Shown here: one piece after another, positions 30,445-38,634 of the stretch
How positions within the stretch are numbered: position 1 is the stretch's first letter
How the letters are laid out: each line of letters starts with the position of its first letter
Source: Thainema sp.
GTDB lineage: Bacteria > Cyanobacteriota > Cyanobacteriia > Phormidesmidales > Phormidesmidaceae
Assembly: GCA_052168235.1 (NCBI GenBank)
Contig: JBQLZK010000021.1
Location: 1-64,000 of the forward strand
Reading direction: 5' to 3'
Length of the DNA: 64,000 nt
The notes under the pieces: model-generated
Seen by the model: only the letters and a program-made list of their open reading frames with translations
Told to the model about the DNA's origin: nothing
The model's database searches: none
Program-made: the position numbers and the translations under genes

Positions 30445-32985
30445 ATGAGAAGGCGGACGATCTGTCTCAAGAAAATGCGCATTAGACCAATTGTGGGATT
30501 ATTGATACCTGTTGGTCTGAGTTTAGCTTGGGGAGTTTCTGCAAACGCTCAAGTAACACCTGATGGTACTCTATCCACCACTGTTTCTCATACAGACAGC
30601 AGCTTTACCATCAACAACGGCAGCCGAGTTGGCAATCATTTATTCCACAGCTTCAGCCAATTTTCTGTGCCTACCAATGGAGCAGCTATCTTCAACAATG
30701 CTGCCGATGTACAAACTATTTTCAGTCGAGTGACAGGAGGCCGTGTTTCCAATATTGATGGTTTAATTCAAACCAATGGAACGGCTGACTTGTTTCTGCT
30801 CAATCCATCTGGAATTTTATTCGGCCCCAACGCCAGCTTGAATATCGGTGGCTCTTTTATTACAAGTACCGCCGATAGTATTTTGTTTGAGGACGGTACA
30901 GAGTTTGAGACAACTGGCCAAAGTCATCCATCCTTATTGACCATTAGTACTCCGATCGGTTTACAGCTTGGAAATCAACCTGCACCCATTACCGTTCAAG
31001 GCACTGGACACACCCTCACAACATCCACGGGCATCAGTCCGCTCATGCGTAGGTCGGGTTCGAGTGAACTTCGCGTCCAGCCTGGTCATACTCTTGCCTT
31101 AGTGGGTGGGGAGCTAAGGTTGCAGGGTGCGATACTAACTGCTGAGCAAGGAAACATCGAGCTTGGCAGCTCAAGCAATGCAGGCTTAGTTAGGCTAACG
31201 CCAATCCCTGATGGGTATCGTTTGGGCTACGATTCTGCTCAACCGTTTGGCAATATTCAATTAGCTCAACAGTCACTCCTCAATGTCAGTGGTGTGAACG
31301 CAGGTTCTGTAAGCCTTCAGGGACGACAAATTCAGTTTGCCGATGGGTCGCTGATTTGGAGCCAAAACTTGGGTGCCTTACCTGGAGGGACAATCCATTT
31401 GCGGGCATCCGAAAGCATCAATATAGTGGGGACGACTGCGGACGCCGCAATTCGTAGCGGCATCCGTAATGAATCTCTTGCCACAGGTGCTGGATCAGCG
31501 ATTGAAATTGTCACGCCGCACTTGAGTTTGTTGCAAGGCGCAGGGATTAATAGTAATGCCTTTGGCACGGGTTCCAGTGGTGATATTAAAGTCAATGCTG
31601 CCACTGTTGAGATTGCGGGTTCTTCCCCCATTAACCCCAGTGGCGTAACGTCTTTAACGACCAATACGCGTGGCTTTCAACCTGCAGGTGACATCTATAT
31701 TACAGGTGAGCGCTTGCTGGTTTCAGGGGGTGGGGCTTTGTCCTCGATCACATTTGGTGCAGGGGCTGGTGGGCAGGTCACCATTCGCAATCGTGAAACG
31801 ACTGTAGTAGGAGATAACTTTGGTGGTCTTTACAGCAATATCAGCGGTATCACATTTGGTACTGGCGATGCGGGAAGAGTCGCGTTAGAGACTCAACGAT
31901 TGCGCATACTCGACGGTGGTGCGATCGCAACTACATCTTGGCTTGTGGGACAGGGAGGCGATCTAGATATCAATGCCACAGAGTCCGTTCTGATCAGTGG
32001 GCAGGGCCAAAGTAATAACAGCAGCATCAATTCAGCCGTCATTCGGCCAGATCGGCTAATTCAGTTGCTCTTTGGCCTGCCTGATGTTCTAACCGCTGAT
32101 GCTGGCAGCATCAATGTAACAACGCCAAGCTTATTGATAACGGACGGTGGAACAATCAGCGTTACTAATCGGGGTAGCGGTGATGGAGGGATGCTTGCGA
32201 TCGCAACTGATCTCCTTTACCTCGATCGCCAGAGCAGCATTCAAGCTCAGACCACTTCAGGAGAAGGTGGAAACATCAACCTCCAAGCACAAAATGGGCT
32301 AATTATACGGAATGGGAGTTTGATTAACGCCACTGCAGGCGGCGCAGGTAATGGCGGCAATATCACTATTGATGCGCCAGTAATTGTAGGACTAGAAAAT
32401 AGTGACATTATTGCCAATGCTGTTGAAGGTAACGGCGGGAACATCGATATCACAACTCAAGGCATCTTTGGTTTAGAGTTTCGCGACCAACTGACCCCTG
32501 AAAATGACATCACGGCTAGCTCTCAGTTTGGGATAAGCGGCACGGTTCAAATCAGCTCCATCGATACTGATCCGAGTTCTGGTGTGATTGAACTGCCTGC
32601 CAACGTGGTAGACCCATCACAGCAAATCGCCACAGGCTGTGCAGAGACTCAAGGCAGTCAGTTTGTCGCCACTGGACGCGGAGGTGTGCCGCAGAATCCG
32701 ACCCAGCAGATAAACCGCGATCGCACTTGGGAAGATGTCCGCGATCTTTCTGCTTATCGGCAATTAGAGAACGCTGAGCCTCCAGTTTTAACGACTACAC
32801 CTAATCTCGTTGAAACCACAAGCTGGCGTCGGAACGCTAATGGTCAGATTGAGTTGATTGCTGAGCAATCGGCTGTACCGCAATCGGCTTTTGCTACCTG
32901 TAGCGGTTCAGAGGTAAGCGGTTATTCCCCTAGCCACCGCGTAGCAACAGGGACAGCCACCATGACGAGCCAAGCCAGTTGGTGA
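30445..32985 (+). CDS. FHA/TPS-domain exoprotein, paralogue 2
   Basis: Same N- and C-terminal modules as paralogue 1 with a different central region; start ATG 30445 or 30475. Confidence 0.92.
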   Translation: MRRRTICLKKMRIRPIVGLLIPVGLSLAWGVSANAQVTPDGTLSTTVSHTDSSFTINNGSRVGNHLFHSFSQFSVPTNGAAIFNNAADVQTIFSRVTGGRVSNIDGLIQTNGTADLFLLNPSGILFGPNASLNIGGSFITSTADSILFEDGTEFETTGQSHPSLLTISTPIGLQLGNQPAPITVQGTGHTLTTSTGISPLMRRSGSSELRVQPGHTLALVGGELRLQGAILTAEQGNIELGSSSNAGLVRLTPIPDGYRLGYDSAQPFGNIQLAQQSLLNVSGVNAGSVSLQGRQIQFADGSLIWSQNLGALPGGTIHLRASESINIVGTTADAAIRSGIRNESLATGAGSAIEIVTPHLSLLQGAGINSNAFGTGSSGDIKVNAATVEIAGSSPINPSGVTSLTTNTRGFQPAGDIYITGERLLVSGGGALSSITFGAGAGGQVTIRNRETTVVGDNFGGLYSNISGITFGTGDAGRVALETQRLRILDGGAIATTSWLVGQGGDLDINATESVLISGQGQSNNSSINSAVIRPDRLIQLLFGLPDVLTADAGSINVTTPSLLITDGGTISVTNRGSGDGGMLAIATDLLYLDRQSSIQAQTTSGEGGNINLQAQNGLIIRNGSLINATAGGAGNGGNITIDAPVIVGLENSDIIANAVEGNGGNIDITTQGIFGLEFRDQLTPENDITASSQFGISGTVQISSIDTDPSSGVIELPANVVDPSQQIATGCAETQGSQFVATGRGGVPQNPTQQINRDRTWEDVRDLSAYRQLENAEPPVLTTTPNLVETTSWRRNANGQIELIAEQSAVPQSAFATCSGSEVSGYSPSHRVATGTATMTSQASW

Positions 32986-33102
32986 TTGGGAAGAATAAAT
33001 CTGATTTTTTATCTAATTCTCAATGTTTATCACCGTAACTAGCAATTATTCGCCATCCAAGGGAAATATAAATTAAAGTTGCGCCTTACCAGGGTTAGGT
33101 TG

Positions 33103-35673
33103 ATGAAAAGATGGATGAGTTGTTTCGAAAAGATACATATTGAAACGGTTGCTGGTTTACTAATACCTATTGGATTGGGTTTGGTTTTTGGAACCCCCGC
33201 AAACGCTCAAGTAACACCTGACGGCACTCTATCCACTACCGTTTCTCGCACAGGCAGCAACTTTACCATCAACAACGGCAACCAAGTCGGCAATAATTTA
33301 TTCCACAGCTTCAGCCAATTTTCTGTGCCAACCAATGGAGCAGCTATCTTCAATAATGCTGCCGATGTGCAAACTATTTTTAGTCGAGTAACCGGGGGCA
33401 GTGTTTCCAATATTGATGGCCTCATTCAAACCAATGGCAATGCAAATTTGTTTCTGCTCAATTCAGCCGGAATTCTCTTTGGCCCCAATGCCAGTTTGAA
33501 TGTCGGGGGCTCTTTCATTGCCAGCACCGCTGATAGTGTTGTGTTTGAGGATGGAGCACAGTTCAGTACCACAGACGTTGCTGCTGCGCCCTTGCTGACT
33601 GTAAATGTGCCAGTAGGGTTGCAGATGGGAAGCGATCCTGGCTCAATAATCGTGCAGGGCCCGGGCAATCAATTGCTCGATTTAACTGGTTTCGGTACGC
33701 CCAGTACTCTCAATACTCCTGCCGGTCTGCAAGTTGAAGCTAATCGGACACTCGCATTGATTGGTGGTGCCGTAAACTTCTCTGGCGGTGTTATTTCCAC
33801 CAATGGTGGTGGGCATCTAGAAATAGGCAGTGTCAGCAATGGATCAGTTCGACTGACAGCTACACCTACGGGATGGGTGGGGGATTACTCTGCAGTGTCG
33901 CAGTTTAGCGATGTTCATCTGGCGCAAGACTCAATACTGAATACTAGCGGCAGTAATAGCTCCATCCAAATCCAAGGGCAAAACGTCAGTTTGACCGAAG
34001 GGTCTACTGCTTTGATCCAAAACTTTGGGCCTCAGTCTACCGGGGGAATTACAGTCAATGCTAGAGGCTCCCTTGACTTGGCGGGGAACACAACCAACGG
34101 TCAATTGGGAAGTTTGATCCAAATTAATAATTTCGGTACAGGCCAGACCGAAGATATTACTATTTCTGCGGCTCAGCTATCTCTCCGAGATGGGGCAAGA
34201 GTGCGAACGAACAGTGTTCAGAGTGCGGGCGGCAACATTACAGCAAATGTAACCGGTACAACCGAGATTAGCGGAATCAACCGCAACAACCCTGCCATTT
34301 ATACTGCACTCGTAACATTTTCGCTTGGCAGTGGCAATGCAGGGGACATCAACGTGTCTACGGGTAATCTCAATCTTTTAGATTCTGGACAAATTACTTC
34401 TGTCGCTCTTAGTTCTGGAAACAGTGGCACCATCCAAGTCAATGCAACAGAGCAAATTGACATTGCAGGGTATAACCCTTTGGCATTTTATGAAAGTTCA
34501 GTGAGTACCTTTACTCAGGGGTCTGGTAATGCAAATAATGCAATCATCAACACCTCTAGATTAGTAATTCAGGATGGAGGCTCTCTAGGATCTTCTACCG
34601 TAGCCAGTGGTTCAGCCGGTAGCGTAGAAATTAACGCTTCAGAGTTTATCCACATCCAGGGGCGTGCGACTCAGGGTAATGGTGCCGGAACAATCTCTCG
34701 TATTTTTTCAAACGCTGAACTTCTTAGCCCAGCCGCTCAAGCTGCTTTTGGGCTACCAGCTATTCCTGCCGGCAATGCAGGGTTCATTACCATCAATACC
34801 CCATCGCTACGCATTGCCGATGGGGGTGCAGTAAGTGTCAAAAATGATGGTCCAGGGCTTGCAGGGAATGTACAGATTAATGCTGAATCTATGTTTCTGG
34901 AGCGTCAAAGCAGCATTACTGCAGTAGCTCAGTCAGGAGAAGGGGGAAATCTTGTCTTTGACTTATCTGAGATACTATACCTAACCGATTTAAGCCAACT
35001 GAATGCTGAAGCTGGCGGGACTGGCAATGGGGGCAATATTACTATTAACGTGCCGTTTATCGTCGGCTTGAACAACAGCGATATCATCGCTAATGCTGTT
35101 GAAGGAAATGGTGGCAAAATTGACATCACGGCTCAAGGCATCTTTGGCCTAGAGTTTCGGGATGAACTAACGCCTGAAAGTGATATTACGGCTAGTTCTG
35201 AGTTCGGTGTCAGCGGTACGGTTCAGATTAACTCTATCGATACTGATCCGAGTTCTGGTGTGATTGAACTGCCCGAGAATGTCGCAGACCCATCACAGCA
35301 AATTGCAACGGGCTGTGAAGAAACGCAAGGTAGTCAGTTCATTGCCACTGGACGCGGTGGTGTGCCCCAGAATCCCGCTCAGCAGGTAAACCGCGATCGC
35401 ACTTGGGAAGATGTCCGCGATCTCTCTGCTTACCGACAGTCTAGCAGCCCTGAACCGCCAGCCCCGGCGACCGTATCTAATTTGATTGAAACCACAAGCT
35501 GGCGTCGCAATGCTAATGGTCAGGTTGAACTGGTTGCTGAGCAATCAGCGATGCCGCAATCGGCTTTTGCCACCTGTAGCGGTTCAACGATGAACGGTCG
35601 TTTCCCTAGCCACAGCACAGTAACGGAGACAGCCACAATGACTAGCCAATCAGTTAGTAATTGGGAAGAATAA
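33103..35673 (+). CDS. FHA/TPS-domain exoprotein, paralogue 3
   Basis: Same modules; NSAGILFG variant of the NPxG motif; ATG 33103 aligns with the paralogue 1 start. Confidence 0.92.
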   Translation: MKRWMSCFEKIHIETVAGLLIPIGLGLVFGTPANAQVTPDGTLSTTVSRTGSNFTINNGNQVGNNLFHSFSQFSVPTNGAAIFNNAADVQTIFSRVTGGSVSNIDGLIQTNGNANLFLLNSAGILFGPNASLNVGGSFIASTADSVVFEDGAQFSTTDVAAAPLLTVNVPVGLQMGSDPGSIIVQGPGNQLLDLTGFGTPSTLNTPAGLQVEANRTLALIGGAVNFSGGVISTNGGGHLEIGSVSNGSVRLTATPTGWVGDYSAVSQFSDVHLAQDSILNTSGSNSSIQIQGQNVSLTEGSTALIQNFGPQSTGGITVNARGSLDLAGNTTNGQLGSLIQINNFGTGQTEDITISAAQLSLRDGARVRTNSVQSAGGNITANVTGTTEISGINRNNPAIYTALVTFSLGSGNAGDINVSTGNLNLLDSGQITSVALSSGNSGTIQVNATEQIDIAGYNPLAFYESSVSTFTQGSGNANNAIINTSRLVIQDGGSLGSSTVASGSAGSVEINASEFIHIQGRATQGNGAGTISRIFSNAELLSPAAQAAFGLPAIPAGNAGFITINTPSLRIADGGAVSVKNDGPGLAGNVQINAESMFLERQSSITAVAQSGEGGNLVFDLSEILYLTDLSQLNAEAGGTGNGGNITINVPFIVGLNNSDIIANAVEGNGGKIDITAQGIFGLEFRDELTPESDITASSEFGVSGTVQINSIDTDPSSGVIELPENVADPSQQIATGCEETQGSQFIATGRGGVPQNPAQQVNRDRTWEDVRDLSAYRQSSSPEPPAPATVSNLIETTSWRRNANGQVELVAEQSAMPQSAFATCSGSTMNGRFPSHSTVTETATMTSQSVSNWEE

Positions 35674-35776
35674 ATCTGATTTTTATCTAATTCTCAATGT
35701 TTATCACCGTAATTAGCAATTATCCGTCATTCAAGGGAAATATAAAACACAGTTGTGTCTCACTAGGGTTAGGTTG

Positions 35777-38530
35777 ATGAAAAGATGGATGAGTTGTTTC
35801 GGCAAGACACATGTTGGGACAGTTGCGGGGTTATTGATACCTGTTGGACTGAATTTAATTTGGGGAGTTTCTGCAAACGCTCAAGTAACCTCTGATGGCA
35901 CTTTATCCACAACCGTTTCTCGCACAGGCAGCAACTTTACCATCAACAACGGCAGTCGAGTCGGCAATAATTTATTCCACAGCTTCAGCCAATTTTCTGT
36001 GCCCACCAATGGAGCAGCTATCTTCAATAATGCTGCCGATGTACAAACCATTTTCAGCCGAGTAACCGGGGGCAGTGCTTCAAATATTGATGGCCTCATT
36101 CAAACCAATGGCAGTGCAAATTTATTTCTGCTCAATTCAGCGGGCATTCTCTTTGGTCCCAATGCCCGTTTAGATATTAGCGGTTCGTTTGTTGCTAGTA
36201 CCGCAAGTAGTGTCTTATTTGGCGATGGTGTTCAGTGGAGCACGACCAATACAGCCACGCCTCCATTGTTAACCGTTAGTGTTCCGGTAGGATTACAACT
36301 GGGGCCGAATGCAGGATCAATTCAAGTCGAAGGGCCACCAGTACTAAATTCGTTTATTCCTCGTCCTCCAACTCTGACTGTCCCATCAGGAGAAACCTTG
36401 GCCTTAGTTACTGGACAAATCGATATTGATAACGCAACCCTAACGGCTCCAGATGGGCAAATCGAACTGTGGGCTGTACAAGATGCTGAGGTGACGTTTA
36501 ACAGTAGTCTCCGTAATTGGCGCTTGGTGAGTGAGATGGATCTAGCGAACTGGGGTACAGTTTCGCTACGACAAGCTTCGTTGGTGAATGCAAGTGGAAC
36601 CGATGGTGGGGCCATCAACATCCGGGGATTAGGACTGACTGTGCAAGATGGATCAAACATTAGTTCGAATACCTTAGCGGGTCAAGGGAGAGGTATTACC
36701 GTTCAAACGACAGACTTTGTTGACCTGCTAGGAGCGTCACAGCCAAATCAGTTTTTCCCTGGTATTGGAACGTCTGTTGGAAGCATATTTGAGCCTCTAG
36801 CCATCGGGCGTGCAGGCAACGTAACCGTCGAGACCGAGAACTTGCGATTGCGTAATGGAGCAGGACTTTTTTCCTCTTCGTCTGGTAACAATTCTCGAAC
36901 AGGGGATATTGTTGTTCGAGCTTCAAACATTGAGGTTATCGGCTTCCAGCCCTTTTTATTGCAACCAACCTCCATTACTACTACGCTCTTTAGCGGTACC
37001 AACAATGAAAGTGGCAATATTACTATTGAGTCTGATCGCATCCGTGTGCAAGATGGAGGACTGATCAGTACGTCTTTGCTGGCTTTTAGCCCTCTATTTC
37101 CTACGGTTGGAAGATCGGGTGATATTTCGATCCGAGCAACCGAAAGCTTCGAAATTGCGGGTTCGACACCTTTCAATGTGCTATCTGGGGTATCTACAGG
37201 CATTCAACCCTTTGCAGAAGGGCAGGCTGGAAACATCACAATTAATGCTGGACGGCTACAAATCTCTGATGGCGGATCTATTCGGAGTAGCTTAGCAGGA
37301 ACAGGGCAAGCCGGAAGCATTTCTATTCGAGCAACGGAGATAGCCGTTAGTGAACCGAAACTTGATGGCACCAGCAATTTACCCGGTGGCATTACCGTTG
37401 CTGTAGGAAGTAATGCAGTCGGCCCAGGTGGCAGTATCAATCTAACGGCTGATCGGCTATATGTCTTTGATGGTGGCCAGATTACATCTTCCAGCTTAGG
37501 ACAAGGAACCGCCGGAAGCGTCAGCCTCCGGGTCAGAGATATTGATGTGCGAGGCATTTCCCCGTCTCAAATAAATGGCCAGTTCCTACCCAGTGAAATC
37601 ACAGCCTCTTCGACAGGTGCCTTTGAGGCAGGCTCAGTCAATATCAGAGCCGATCGCTTACAGGTGCGTGACGGTGCTAAAGTAACCGTGAGCAATTTGG
37701 GGACTGGTGATGCCGGGAACCTCAACGTTTGGGCTCGCAACGTCTTCTTGGATAACGGTGGCAGTCTACAAGCTGAAGTTAACGGCGGTGGGCAAGGAAA
37801 TATTCGACTTCACATTGATGACTTACTCGTGCTGCGAAACGGCAGCAACATCACCACCAATGCTCAAGGTGCGTCCACCGGAGGCAACATCTCTATCGAT
37901 GCTGGATTTGTAATAGCGGTAGCCGATGAAAACAGTGACATCATCGCCAATGCTATTGAAGGCAATGGCGGTAACATCGACATCACCACTCAAGGTATCT
38001 TTGGCCTAGAGTTTCGGGATGAACTAACGCCTGAAAGTGATATTACGGCTAGTTCCCAGTTCGGCGTCAGCGGCACGGTTCAGATCACCACCATCAACAC
38101 CGACCCTAGTTCTGGCGTGATTGAACTACCTGCTAACGTGACAGACCCGTCACAGCAAATTGCTACAGGCTGTGCAGAAACGCAAGGCAGTCAGTTCATT
38201 GCCACTGGACGCGGCGGCGTACCCCAGAATCCTACCCAGCAGGTCAACCGCGATCGCACTTGGGAGGATGTGCGTGACTTATCAGCATATCGACAGTCAG
38301 AGAACGCTGAGTCTCCAGCCCTGACGACCACATCTAATTTGGTTGAAACCACAAGTTGGCGTCGCAATGCTAATGGTCAGGTTGAGCTGATTGCTGAGCA
38401 ATCGGCTATGCCGCAGTCGGCTTTTGCCACCTGTAGCGGTTCGGCAATGAACAGTCGTTCTCCCAACCACAGCACAGTGATTGAGGCAGCAGCCATAACG
38501 AGCCAAGCCGTTGGTGATTGGGAAGAATAA
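35777..38530 (+). CDS. FHA/TPS-domain exoprotein, paralogue 4
   Basis: Same modules; NSAGILFG variant; ATG 35777. Confidence 0.92.
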   Translation: MKRWMSCFGKTHVGTVAGLLIPVGLNLIWGVSANAQVTSDGTLSTTVSRTGSNFTINNGSRVGNNLFHSFSQFSVPTNGAAIFNNAADVQTIFSRVTGGSASNIDGLIQTNGSANLFLLNSAGILFGPNARLDISGSFVASTASSVLFGDGVQWSTTNTATPPLLTVSVPVGLQLGPNAGSIQVEGPPVLNSFIPRPPTLTVPSGETLALVTGQIDIDNATLTAPDGQIELWAVQDAEVTFNSSLRNWRLVSEMDLANWGTVSLRQASLVNASGTDGGAINIRGLGLTVQDGSNISSNTLAGQGRGITVQTTDFVDLLGASQPNQFFPGIGTSVGSIFEPLAIGRAGNVTVETENLRLRNGAGLFSSSSGNNSRTGDIVVRASNIEVIGFQPFLLQPTSITTTLFSGTNNESGNITIESDRIRVQDGGLISTSLLAFSPLFPTVGRSGDISIRATESFEIAGSTPFNVLSGVSTGIQPFAEGQAGNITINAGRLQISDGGSIRSSLAGTGQAGSISIRATEIAVSEPKLDGTSNLPGGITVAVGSNAVGPGGSINLTADRLYVFDGGQITSSSLGQGTAGSVSLRVRDIDVRGISPSQINGQFLPSEITASSTGAFEAGSVNIRADRLQVRDGAKVTVSNLGTGDAGNLNVWARNVFLDNGGSLQAEVNGGGQGNIRLHIDDLLVLRNGSNITTNAQGASTGGNISIDAGFVIAVADENSDIIANAIEGNGGNIDITTQGIFGLEFRDELTPESDITASSQFGVSGTVQITTINTDPSSGVIELPANVTDPSQQIATGCAETQGSQFIATGRGGVPQNPTQQVNRDRTWEDVRDLSAYRQSENAESPALTTTSNLVETTSWRRNANGQVELIAEQSAMPQSAFATCSGSAMNSRSPNHSTVIEAAAITSQAVGDWEE

Positions 38531-38634
38531 ATCCGATTTTTATCTAATTTTCAATGTTTTGTCACCGCAATTAGCAATTATTCGCTATTCAAGGGAAATA
38601 TAAAACACAGTTGTGTCTCACCAGGGTTAGATTG

